Assembly: GCF_947496775.1 (NCBI RefSeq)
Contig: NZ_CANMDU010000004.1
Coordinates: 218,426 to 282,425, forward strand
Length of the DNA: 64,000 bases
Reading direction: 5' to 3'
DNA from: an uncultured Maribacter sp.
GTDB taxonomy: Bacteria; Bacteroidota; Bacteroidia; Flavobacteriales; Flavobacteriaceae
Numbering within the stretch: position 1 is the first letter of the stretch; every line of letters begins with the position of its first letter. Shown in pieces: positions 29,451-37,986 of the stretch. The notes under the pieces were generated by a model. It did no database searches. It worked only from the letters and a program-made list of their open reading frames with translations, and was not told the origin of the DNA. The position numbers were made by a program, and so were the translations under genes.

Positions 29451-29986
29451 CAATAGCCGATACCTATTATTTAAAAGCAAAGGCGGCATCTGGTTATGAT
29501 TGGGACGAAGTTTGTGAATCACTGAACTACGCCCTGTCCTACGATGAAAATCATTGTGCCTCCCTTTGTCTTTTAGGTAAAGTTTATGCTCGAAATTTGA
29601 ATCAGTATTCGGAAGCATTCGATTGCTTTGATAGGGTGATAGCAATTGATACTTATAATATAGATGTATACCCATTATATGCTAAGTATTTAATCTGGGC
29701 GGATGAAAATGAAAAGGCGTTTCGATTAATTGAATTTGCTCTTTCTATAAAAGGTATAGATAAAGCTCAGCTGTACTGTATTTCGGCCTATGCATTAGAA
29801 ACAAATGGAAATTATAAGGTTGCGCTGCAACATTTAAAAGAAGCAAAAAGACTTACCTATAACAATGACTATATGTTTTATATAGTTGATGAAGAAAATA
29901 GAATTAAAAAGAAATTGAAATTGGATAAATCTAAAGCACAAAAGAAGAAATTATCAACTAAAAAAAGGAAGAAAAAGAACAAATAG
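29441..29986 (+). CDS. TPR-repeat protein with lysine-rich C-terminal tail, translationally coupled to prfH
   Basis: A 181-aa product with TPR-like helical repeats. The C-terminal tail KKKLKLDKSKAQKKKLSTKKRKKKNK is basic. The ATG overlaps the prfH stop (ATGGGACTAA). Confidence 0.6.
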   Translation: MGLTIADTYYLKAKAASGYDWDEVCESLNYALSYDENHCASLCLLGKVYARNLNQYSEAFDCFDRVIAIDTYNIDVYPLYAKYLIWADENEKAFRLIEFALSIKGIDKAQLYCISAYALETNGNYKVALQHLKEAKRLTYNNDYMFYIVDEENRIKKKLKLDKSKAQKKKLSTKKRKKKNK

Positions 29987-30171
29987 TAGTAACAAAACGT
30001 TTAAAAATAACATCTTTGTAAACAAATGACACCGAGAGAGTTACATATCATCCAACAAATAGAGCTTTGGCTCTTCTATTTTCGCTCAGAATATAGTGAG
30101 CGAAACGGACGCTATGTGACTTTATCCAACAGTTGATTCTATGAAATAACTCGATTAAGCGATAAAATGAA

Positions 30172-30202
30172 AGCGTCCAATTACAATTGGGCGCTTTTTT
30201 TG
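30172..30202 (+). terminator. Intrinsic terminator AGCGTCCAA-TTACAA-TTGGGCGCT-T7 (element B, homologous to element A)
   Basis: It has the same 9-bp stem, including the same G.U position, as 26759-26787. GGACGCT lies upstream at 30107-30113. Confidence 0.7.
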
Positions 30203-30377
30203 TGGAATAATTTTAAACAATTGAATGAGAAGTAAAAAAATACAAAACTAGATAGTTGAATTACGAAACAATTGATATACAGGCGATTGTAGCACATATT
30301 CGAAATGCTTTTCTGCATTCATGAGCAACGATTTATAAAATAAAGAATAGGCGAACTAATCCTGTCTGTTCCACCAT

Positions 30378-30450
30378 AAGAGTATAGTTCAATTGGATAG
30401 AACGCTGGGCTACGAACCCAGAAATGCGAGTTCGAGTCTTGCTACTTCTG
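30378..30450 (+). tRNA. tRNA-Arg(ACG), hand-folded; A2.C71 mismatch and G.U in T-stem
   Basis: The D-arm is TAGTTCAATTGGATAGAAC, the anticodon stem CTGGG/CCCAG has loop CTACGAA, and the T-loop is GTTCGAGTC. A hairpin AACTACGCA/TGCGTAGTT lies downstream at 30471-30495. Confidence 0.55.
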
Positions 30451-30525
30451 CTAAAAACAAAAGAAATCTGAACTACGCATAATAATTGCGTAGTTATGTT
30501 TCAGTTTTGTGAAGTAATTGGAAAA

Positions 30526-30730
30526 TACCTCTTTAGCTTAAAAGGAAGAGCTGTGGTAAAAGATATTGATCGTAGCCACGGAGTGATTGGAAGATGTTGT
30601 TAGCGGCGTGCCTGCTAATGAATAGAATTTGCAGAAGCACCGAAATAGTCAAGTACCAAAGTAGGGAAGCGCATTTATAGCCAATCTGTTCGTTTCGACG
30701 AAAGTGCCAGTTCGAATCTGGCAAGAGGTA
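30526..30730 (+). ncRNA. Split tRNA-like element: 5' acceptor+D-arm (30526-30550) and T-arm+3' acceptor (30706-30730) separated by ~150 nt
   Basis: The 5' side is ACCTCTT-TA-GCTT-AAAAGGAA-GAGC. The 3' side is GCCAG-TTCGAAT-CTGGC-AAGAGGT-A, with perfectly complementary 7-bp acceptor strands. No canonical anticodon arm is found between them. Confidence 0.35.
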
Positions 30731-30905
30731 CAAAGTTCTTTGAAAAGAAATTTCTGCTTAGGCAGGATTAACAATATCAAGCTGGTCTTGTTGGGTGTTT
30801 CTGTAGGGCACTATTGTATGAAGTTTTACTGAGAAGTATAATGTCTTCATGTATAACTTGACTTGATGGTTTCGATTGTTTACCAAAAAACAATCTCCGC
30901 GCTGT

Positions 30906-30935
30906 GGGTCATGGGTTCGAATCCCATCGGTTCTG
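30906..30935 (+). other. tRNA 3'-part fragment (variable loop + T-arm ATGGG-TTCGAAT-CCCAT + acceptor 3' strand CGGTTCT-G) lacking a cognate 5' half upstream
   Basis: It has a canonical T-arm, but no D-arm or anticodon arm lies within 90 nt upstream. Confidence 0.5.
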
Positions 30936-30938
30936 AAA

Positions 30939-31004
30939 AGAACCGTAGTTCAGAGGTTAGAACAACAGACGTAGGTGTCATGGGTTCGATTCCCATCAGG
31001 CTTG
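30939..31004 (+). pseudogene. Degenerate/mosaic tRNA: 5' acceptor AGAACCG + D-arm, truncated anticodon region, T-arm, non-matching 3' acceptor CAGGCTT
   Basis: It is 66 nt long. Its 5' acceptor complements the 3' acceptor of the preceding fragment, not its own. Only 16 nt lie between the D-arm and the T-arm. Confidence 0.45.
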
Positions 31005-31005
31005 A

Positions 31006-31048
31006 AAACCTGTAGCTCAGTTGGTAGAGCACTACACTTTTAATGTAG
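31006..31048 (+). pseudogene. tRNA-Lys(UUU) 5' portion (acceptor AAACCTG, D-arm TAGCTCAGTTGGTAGAGC, anticodon stem-loop CTACA-CTTTTAA-TGTAG) without canonical T-arm/3' acceptor
   Basis: The downstream sequence gives the hairpin ATGGA-CTGAAAA-TCCAT but no matching acceptor strand. Its 5' acceptor nearly complements the 3' acceptor of the preceding element. Confidence 0.45.
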
Positions 31049-31450
31049 GTTATGGACTGAAAATCCATTTTCAACAAGAAGGTCACTTGTAAAAAGACCA
31101 CCGGATGGTCACTCCGTATAATTGACAAAAACAGTAGTTGTACATCGGTCATTATTTCCTAAAGAGGAGTAAAGACAATCATGAAGCTACTTTGAAATGG
31201 TGATTTTTTTGATGTGAAAGGCAAATCCTTTTTTAGTCATCCTTCCTTCTGGAAAACTGATAACAATTTTATTAGTAAGACAATCGGATGCATGCTATAA
31301 AACGAATTGTAACGAGTATCAAAAACCAGTATTTCCGTATCAGAAAGATGATATGCCCCTGCTGTTTTTTTAAATAGAACAAATAGTAATACATGATAAT
31401 AGTTTAACCCGTTCGTCCGTCACTAGACTGGCGGACACAAATTTTAAGTA

Positions 31451-32551
31451 ATGAAAAGAGTAAGAATTAATGCAGGAAAAGTAGGTTTGGTCTTCAAAAG
31501 AGGCGATTACCAAAAAGTAATTACCCAAGGTACACATTGGGTAGGTTTTAGAAATGTGGTTATGATTTATGACCTTACCAAAGCCTTTGTTGCTCCTATA
31601 GCATTAGAAATCTTGCTACAGGACCAAGATTTGGAAGCAATGTTGCATATCATCGAAGTTAAAGATGCTGAACTGGCTTTGGTTTCTGAAAACGGAAACT
31701 TGAAGCAGGTCTTGACAGCTGGTAAGTACGCTTTCTGGAAAGGTTTGATCAACTATGAGTTCGTTATAGCAGACTTGAGTAAAATCTATATCACTGAGGC
31801 TATTACCAAAGCGATGTTGAGCCATACACAATTACTTCCTTACGTTCGTGTTTTGGAAGTTGCCGCACATGAAAAAGCTGTTCTTTTGGTTGATGATGTT
31901 TATATCAAGACTCTCGAAAGTGGTGCTTACCATTTCTGGAAAAATGATATCTCCATCAAAATCGCCAGAGCGGATATGCGTCAATTGCAATTGGAGATTT
32001 CTGGTCAAGAATTGTTGACAAAAGACAAGGCTGCTATTCGTATCAACTTCTATACGCAGTATAAAGTTATAGATATCGAAAAGGCCTTGCTAGGAAGCAA
32101 AGACTACGAGAAGCAATTGTACATTGCTATGCAGTTGGTATTGCGTGCCTATATCGGCACCTATACGCTAGATGAACTTCTAGAGCGAAAAGAAAGCATC
32201 GCGGAAGCGGTATTTGCAGATATCAAAACGGATACTACACAATTAGGTGTTGAAGTTCTGAGCTGCGGTATCCGTGATGTAATCTTAACTGGTGAAATGA
32301 AAGACATAATGAACCAGGTTTTGGTGGCTCAGAAGAGAGCTCAAGCGAATATCATTACCCGGCGTGAAGAAACGGCGTCGACCCGAAGCTTGCTGAACAC
32401 CGCAAAACTAATGGAAGACAACGAAATGCTCTTCAAGCTGAAGGAAATGGAATACGTTGAAAAGATTGCCGAAAAAATCGGTGAGATTACCGTCTCCGGT
32501 AACGGAGGTATGGTAAAACAATTGAAGGAGATTTTCTCCGTCAATAAGTAG
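31451..32551 (+). CDS. SPFH/band-7 domain protein
   Basis: A 366-aa product. The C-terminal half matches the SPFH pattern (LTKDKAAIRINFYTQYKV...LDELLERKESIAEAV...GVEVLSCGIRDVILTGEMKDIMNQVLVAQKRAQANII). Confidence 0.65.
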   Translation: MKRVRINAGKVGLVFKRGDYQKVITQGTHWVGFRNVVMIYDLTKAFVAPIALEILLQDQDLEAMLHIIEVKDAELALVSENGNLKQVLTAGKYAFWKGLINYEFVIADLSKIYITEAITKAMLSHTQLLPYVRVLEVAAHEKAVLLVDDVYIKTLESGAYHFWKNDISIKIARADMRQLQLEISGQELLTKDKAAIRINFYTQYKVIDIEKALLGSKDYEKQLYIAMQLVLRAYIGTYTLDELLERKESIAEAVFADIKTDTTQLGVEVLSCGIRDVILTGEMKDIMNQVLVAQKRAQANIITRREETASTRSLLNTAKLMEDNEMLFKLKEMEYVEKIAEKIGEITVSGNGGMVKQLKEIFSVNK

Positions 32552-32561
32552 GTTGGTTGGA

Positions 32562-32592
32562 ATGCGTCAGTGAGAACGGGCGCATTTTTTTA
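32562..32592 (+). terminator. Intrinsic terminator after the SPFH gene
   Basis: The stem ATGCGTC/GGGCGCAT has one G.U pair and is followed by T8. Confidence 0.65.
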
Positions 32593-32647
32593 TAAATCTA
32601 ATTTATAAAATTAAAACCATCACTAATCCAAGAATAGTGATGGTTTT

Positions 32648-32725
<78 letters not shown>

Positions 32726-32750
32726 AAGGAAATCCTATAATTTTTTTATC

Positions 32751-33548
32751 CTAATGATTATTAACACTTAAAACCAGTACTGGAATTGGTGCAAAAAATT
32801 CCGATTTAGAAATAGTGGTCTTTTCCCATAATTTTTTAAAGAAACCTCTTTTTCTTCTAAAAACACATAATAAATCTGGCTCATGAGATTTAAAATGCTC
32901 TGTAACTCCAAGATATGTAGTTGCATTTTCAGTTAACGTAAGGTTAGAGCTTATATCCATTAAGGCTGTATTTACTCTTAAATCCTCATCCGTATATCCT
33001 GGTGTTTTTACTAATAATAAATTTACTTTAGAATTTTGATTTTTGCGTATCGTATCTAATGCATCCAGTATTCTATGTCTTTTAATAACACCAGATTTAA
33101 AAGCTACCAATATCTTTTTAAAATCTTTTTTTATGCTTCCTTTAGGAACCAATAATGTAGGTATATCTGTTCTTTTTATAATCTTACCCGAAGTTCTTCC
33201 TAAATATAGCTCCTCCTTTATATCATTACTTCTAGGCGCCAAGATAATTAAATCTAAACCCAATTCTTTATCTATTTGATTTATACCATCAACGATATCT
33301 CCGTTATACGTAGCAATCTTAATATCAATGTTTTTAGCTTCTGTTTTATCAATAACTTCCCTTAAACGTTCTTTACTACTTTTTGCAATCTTCTCCGTTA
33401 TATTTGCTAAACTTCCTGTTTTCGAAGAAGCACTAAATACATCCATTACAAATACATTTGCCGAAAATTCTACAGCAAAATCTATTGCATATTGTAAGGT
33501 TTCATGAGACGTTTGTGAGGTGCCAATTGGAACTAGGATATTTTTCAT
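32751..33548 (-). CDS. Universal stress protein (tandem UspA domains)
   Basis: A 265-aa product with two Usp-like halves (VPIGTSQTS...; KKILVAFKSG...). Confidence 0.75.
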   Translation of the reverse strand: MKNILVPIGTSQTSHETLQYAIDFAVEFSANVFVMDVFSASSKTGSLANITEKIAKSSKERLREVIDKTEAKNIDIKIATYNGDIVDGINQIDKELGLDLIILAPRSNDIKEELYLGRTSGKIIKRTDIPTLLVPKGSIKKDFKKILVAFKSGVIKRHRILDALDTIRKNQNSKVNLLLVKTPGYTDEDLRVNTALMDISSNLTLTENATTYLGVTEHFKSHEPDLLCVFRRKRGFFKKLWEKTTISKSEFFAPIPVLVLSVNNH

Positions 33549-33612
33549 ACCGTTAGATTGATTATTTATATTCTAAATTTACAATTAAATTGAAATCTAT
33601 TGATGATAACAA

Positions 33613-35022
33613 GTGCAAAGATATCGGAAATTACTGATATTTTCTTATTCGCAAAGTTGCTATTTGCATTTTAATGGTAAAGAAATATTGAAAACAACAA
33701 TTAGTTTTAAAAGCATAAATAATTTAGCCATTCCTGCTACTATTGCAGGAATAGCAGAACCTCTTTTATCTATTACCGATACCGCTATAGTAGGTAACAT
33801 TCCAGTAGATGGACTAGAGTCTTTAGCTGCAGCAGGAATTGTTGGGTCCTTTTTATCTATGCTAATTTGGATATTAGGACAAACCCGTAGTGCCATATCT
33901 GCTATACTTTCTCAATATTTAGGGGCTGGAAAATTAGATGATGTAAAAAAACTACCCGCCCAAGCCATATTTTTGAACCTTGCTCTAAGCGCTATTATTC
34001 TAATATCTACCATTTTTATTATAGAAGAAATATTTATGCTATTAAATGCCTCGGGTAAAATATTAGATTATTGCATAAAATATTATAGCATTAGAGTTTG
34101 GGGCTTTCCTCTTACTTTATTTGTTTTTGCTATTATGGGTATTTTTAGAGGGCTCCAAAATACAGTATGGCCCATGGTGATAGCTATAGTTGGAGCGATT
34201 GTAAATGTTATTTTAGATCTTGCATTAGTTTATGGAATAGAAGGTCTTATAAATCCTATGTATTTAGAAGGAGCTGCTTGGGCCAGTTTAATTGCACAAG
34301 CAATAATGGCAATCTTAGCATTTATACTTTTAATTACAAAAACGGATGTAAGTTTAAAACTAAAACTTCCTATCCATTCAGAACTGAAAAGACTTGTTAT
34401 TATGAGTCTAAACCTTTTTGTTCGTGCCATAGCATTAAATACTGCTCTTATTTTAGCTGTTAGAGAAGCTACTGCACTTGGCGACCAATATATTGGCGCA
34501 CATACTATAGCTATAAACCTGTGGCTTTTTGCTGCCTTTTTTATTGATGGTTATGGTGCCGCGGGAAACATTCTAGGAGGGAAATTGCTAGGTGCAAAAG
34601 ATTACAAAAATCTATGGTTTTTAGCTAAGAAAATAACTAAGTACGGAATCATAGTAAGTCTTGCATTAATGCTCATTGGCTTTATTTTTTACTACCCTAT
34701 AGGAACATTCTTTTCTAAAGAACCTCCAGTATTAGAATCTTTTTACACTATATTCATTATTATTCTTATAGGTCTTCCTTTACACACCATTGCCTTTGTA
34801 TTAGACGGCCTTTTTAAAGGTTTAGGAGAAATGAAGTACTTAAGAAAAGTGCAGCTAGCTGCTACCTTTTTAGGGTTTATACCAACACTTTTTATGGGCA
34901 AATATTTACATTGGGGACTTTATGGTATTTGGATAGCTTTCTCCGTTTGGATGTTAATTAGAGGTGGCACTTTGGTTTGGAAGTTTAACCAAAAGTTTCG
35001 CCCCTTATTACAAAAGCATTAA
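33613..35022 (+). CDS. MATE family efflux transporter
   Basis: A 469-aa product with about 12 predicted TM helices and a typical MATE N-terminus (FKSINNLAIPATIAGIAEPLLSITDTAIVG). The true start may be downstream. Confidence 0.8.
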   Translation: MQRYRKLLIFSYSQSCYLHFNGKEILKTTISFKSINNLAIPATIAGIAEPLLSITDTAIVGNIPVDGLESLAAAGIVGSFLSMLIWILGQTRSAISAILSQYLGAGKLDDVKKLPAQAIFLNLALSAIILISTIFIIEEIFMLLNASGKILDYCIKYYSIRVWGFPLTLFVFAIMGIFRGLQNTVWPMVIAIVGAIVNVILDLALVYGIEGLINPMYLEGAAWASLIAQAIMAILAFILLITKTDVSLKLKLPIHSELKRLVIMSLNLFVRAIALNTALILAVREATALGDQYIGAHTIAINLWLFAAFFIDGYGAAGNILGGKLLGAKDYKNLWFLAKKITKYGIIVSLALMLIGFIFYYPIGTFFSKEPPVLESFYTIFIIILIGLPLHTIAFVLDGLFKGLGEMKYLRKVQLAATFLGFIPTLFMGKYLHWGLYGIWIAFSVWMLIRGGTLVWKFNQKFRPLLQKH

Positions 35023-35037
35023 TTTTAAACAAAAAAA

Positions 35038-35805
35038 ATGGGAACTACACGGACCGAAGGAAGCCTCTATACCTCTATAAACAACAAAATAGCTACCATT
35101 GAATTTGGCCACCCAGCTAGTAATTCTTTCACCGCAGAATTACTGCAAAGATTAACCAAAACCTTAAAGGAGCTTTCTTCCAATAATACTGTTTCCGTAA
35201 TTGTTTTAAAATCAGAAGGAGAAAGAGCCTTTTGTGCTGGCGCATCTTTTAATGAACTTACAGCGGTTTCTGACCTATCCGAAGGAAAAGTTTTCTTCAG
35301 TGGTTTTGCTAATGTTATAAACGCCATGCGTAGCTGTTCTAAAGTAATTATTGGTCGTATTCAAGGTAAAGCTGTTGGTGGTGGTGTCGGTATTGCTGCC
35401 GCATGCGATTATGTTTTTGCATCGGAAGGCGCTTCTATAAAACTATCGGAACTTTCTATTGGCATTGCTCCGTTAGTTATTGCCCCTGCAGTTGCCCATA
35501 GAATCGGAAAAGCAGCTTTGGGAGAACTTTCTTTAGCTCCTACGGAATGGAAAACCGCCTATTGGGCACAACAAAAAGGTCTGTTTGCTAAGGTTTTTAG
35601 AGATATTAATGAAATGGATAAAGAATTAGATTTCTATACCAACCAACTAGCCCAATATAATACTGAGGCTTTAGAAGCGTGGAAGAAAGTACTTTGGGAA
35701 GGTACCGATCATTGGGATACACTTCTTTTAGATAGAGCTGCTATAACGGGACAACTAGTACTTTCCGATGCTACGAAACAGACTTTACGTAAGTTTAAAA
35801 AATAA
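35038..35805 (+). CDS. Enoyl-CoA hydratase/isomerase (crotonase) family protein
   Basis: A 255-aa product with an oxyanion-hole region (FCAGASFNEL...GKAVGGGVGIAAACD). Confidence 0.8.
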   Translation: MGTTRTEGSLYTSINNKIATIEFGHPASNSFTAELLQRLTKTLKELSSNNTVSVIVLKSEGERAFCAGASFNELTAVSDLSEGKVFFSGFANVINAMRSCSKVIIGRIQGKAVGGGVGIAAACDYVFASEGASIKLSELSIGIAPLVIAPAVAHRIGKAALGELSLAPTEWKTAYWAQQKGLFAKVFRDINEMDKELDFYTNQLAQYNTEALEAWKKVLWEGTDHWDTLLLDRAAITGQLVLSDATKQTLRKFKK

Positions 35806-35849
35806 TAATCGACTATGGTTAGCGTTTAGGTATCATAAAAACTAATTAC

Positions 35850-35963
35850 ATGAAATTTATTAATTTATTAAACGGAGACCTTGTTTTTCCAATTGTAGCT
35901 CTTTTTGTTTTGGTAATCTATTTTGTAAATAGAGTACGCAATAGAAGAAAATATAAGAGATAA
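35850..35963 (+). CDS. Candidate small membrane peptide (37 aa, one TM helix + basic tail)
   Basis: The unlisted small ORF MKFINLLNGDLVFPIVALFVLVIYFVNRVRNRRKYKR lies in the crotonase-M23 intergenic region. There is no homology evidence. Confidence 0.25.
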   Translation: MKFINLLNGDLVFPIVALFVLVIYFVNRVRNRRKYKR

Positions 35964-35984
35964 GGTATAGAGTTACCCACCATT

Positions 35985-36956
35985 ATGAGAATAACATTTT
36001 TATTTGTCATTTATATTTTTACTACGAGTTTAAGTTTTGCTCAGACAGAGAAAGTTACGGATAAGAAAATCTCAGAAGATTTTGAACAAAAGTTTAACTC
36101 AGGAAACTTTAATGGAATTTTCGATTTGTTTTCAATCGAAATGAAGAATACTTTATCGAAAAATGATACAAACGAGTATTTATCCACCTTAAAAAAACAA
36201 ACAGGACAAATACAAAATCGTGAGTTTAATAAGTACGTTAAAGGAACTTTTGCTTCTTATATAACCAAATTCGAATATGGCGTTTTTTCTTTACATATTT
36301 CAACCGATAATCAATCAAAAATTAATGGTCTTTTTATTGAGCCCTTTGTTGAAGTTATTCTTCCGAAAATAGAGCGAAACACAACAAAACTAGTTCTTCC
36401 GTTTAAAGATAAATGGACAGTAACTTGGGGCGGAGATACAGCAGAATTGAATTACCATGTAGAAAGTAAAGCTCAAAAAAATGCTTTTGACTTTGTTATT
36501 ACAGATAAAAACGGAAAATCTTATAAAACGAACGGAAAAACTAACGAAGATTATTATGCTTTTGGAAAAAAATTAATTGCTCCTTGTGATGGAAAAATTG
36601 TACTGGCAGTTGACGGAATTGAAGACAATATACCAGGAGAGATAAATCCAATTTATATTCCTGGTAATACTGTAATTTTAAAAACCATTAACAATGAATA
36701 TTTGTTTTTTGCACACTTTAAACAAAACTCCATTGAAGTAAAACTAGGGCAAGAAGTTAAAAAGGGAGAAGTTTTAGGACTTTCTGGAAATTCTGGAAAC
36801 TCATCGGAACCACATCTACACTTCCATATTCAAAACGTAAAAGATATGAATGTAGCAACAGGTGTAAAATGTTACTTTGAAGAAATACTTGTAGAGAAAG
36901 AAATAAAAAAAGATTATTCTCCGATTAAAGGTGACAAAATAAAGCAAGTAAAATAA
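35985..36956 (+). CDS. M23 family metallopeptidase (LytM domain) with N-terminal domain of unknown function
   Basis: A signal peptide is present. The C-terminus has GEVLGLSGNSGNSSEPHLHFHIQ (HxH motif). Confidence 0.8.
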   Translation: MRITFLFVIYIFTTSLSFAQTEKVTDKKISEDFEQKFNSGNFNGIFDLFSIEMKNTLSKNDTNEYLSTLKKQTGQIQNREFNKYVKGTFASYITKFEYGVFSLHISTDNQSKINGLFIEPFVEVILPKIERNTTKLVLPFKDKWTVTWGGDTAELNYHVESKAQKNAFDFVITDKNGKSYKTNGKTNEDYYAFGKKLIAPCDGKIVLAVDGIEDNIPGEINPIYIPGNTVILKTINNEYLFFAHFKQNSIEVKLGQEVKKGEVLGLSGNSGNSSEPHLHFHIQNVKDMNVATGVKCYFEEILVEKEIKKDYSPIKGDKIKQVK

Positions 36957-37087
36957 CTCTGGGTCACAAAGTATAAAAACTATTTGCACTCTCTTTAATT
37001 TTATTCCTCCTCTTTCATATATTTTTGTAGTATAATTAGTTTTTTTACTATTATTGGCATAATCTTATCAAAATTTAAACTTAAGTA

Positions 37088-37756
37088 ATGCATAAAAAAA
37101 CTCTCGTAGTACTATTAATTCTTGGTCTAATGCTCCCCACTCTAGTACAAAGTCAGGAAAGCGATTTTGGAAATTGGTTAATTTACATAGGTAGTAAAAA
37201 AATTGACCAAAAATGGAACCTACATCATGAAGTACAATACCGAAATTATAATGCTATTGGTGACTTAGAACAACTTTTATTAAGAACAGGTTTGGGTTAT
37301 ACTTTTAATGAAAGAAAAAGTAACGTATTGCTTGGTTATGGCTATATTTTATCTGAAAACTATATAGCAAATACCGATGATAAAGTTTCCGTTAATGAAC
37401 ATAGAATTTTTCAACAGTTTACCACGAAACAAAAAATAGGAACTACAACCTTAAATCATAGATATAGATTTGAACAGCGTTTTGTTGAAAGCGATTTTAA
37501 AATGAGATTTCGCTATTTCTTAGGAATAAATATTCCTTTATACAGTAAAGAAGCAACTAAAAAAAGCTATTATATATCGGCCTACAATGAAATATTCTTA
37601 AATACAAAATCATCTATATTCGATAGAAATAGATTATACGGAGGGCTAGGATATCATATTAATAAAAATATAAGACTAGAAGCAGGGTATATGAATCAGT
37701 TTTTTGAAACAACGGGCCGTGATCAATTTAACATAGTGACTTTTGTGAACTTTTAG
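37088..37756 (+). CDS. DUF2490-like outer-membrane beta-barrel protein
   Basis: A 222-aa product with a signal peptide and alternating amphipathic strands. The family assignment is from memory. Confidence 0.5.
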   Translation: MHKKTLVVLLILGLMLPTLVQSQESDFGNWLIYIGSKKIDQKWNLHHEVQYRNYNAIGDLEQLLLRTGLGYTFNERKSNVLLGYGYILSENYIANTDDKVSVNEHRIFQQFTTKQKIGTTTLNHRYRFEQRFVESDFKMRFRYFLGINIPLYSKEATKKSYYISAYNEIFLNTKSSIFDRNRLYGGLGYHINKNIRLEAGYMNQFFETTGRDQFNIVTFVNF

Positions 37757-37967
37757 GAAACTACCTCGGGACAAGCACACGAGGCATTCATTAGAAACTA
37801 ATTTTTATTTTGAAGCAAGCTTTAAAATATTTAATCTCGATTATCTAGTAAACCCTATATACGTTAATTTATAGCTAGCTAAAGCTTTAATTGTACTCCT
37901 TTTATTTACTAAGTAGAGATTTATGCCTTGATAAATAAAAGATTTGCTGTAATATAATACCTTTGCA

Positions 37968-37975
37968 CTGCAATA
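37968..37975 (+). promoter_or_regulatory. Bacteroidetes-type -7 promoter box TACCTTTG upstream of queD
   Basis: It matches TAnnTTTG and lies about 12 nt upstream of the queD ATG, suggesting a near-leaderless mRNA. Confidence 0.35.
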
Positions 37976-37986
37976 CTCCACAGAAA

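Noticed and set aside
30526-30730. tmRNA (ssrA) candidate because of tRNA-like ends around a long insert
   Set aside because: At about 205 nt it is too short. The acceptor is not the G-rich tmRNA type, and no resume codon or tag ORF is seen. It is kept as a generic tRNA-like element.
30533-31152. Minus-strand ORFs 30533..30733 and 30880..31152
   Set aside because: Their translations contain GIEPMT and GFEPMT, the classic artefact of reading the complement of tRNA T-arms (GGTTCGAATCC). The region is tRNA or tRNA-fragment DNA.
37757-37986. preQ1 riboswitch upstream of queD
   Set aside because: Only a short hairpin (CCTCG/CGAGG) and a TAGCTAGCTA palindrome are present. There is no recognisable preQ1-I or preQ1-II consensus.
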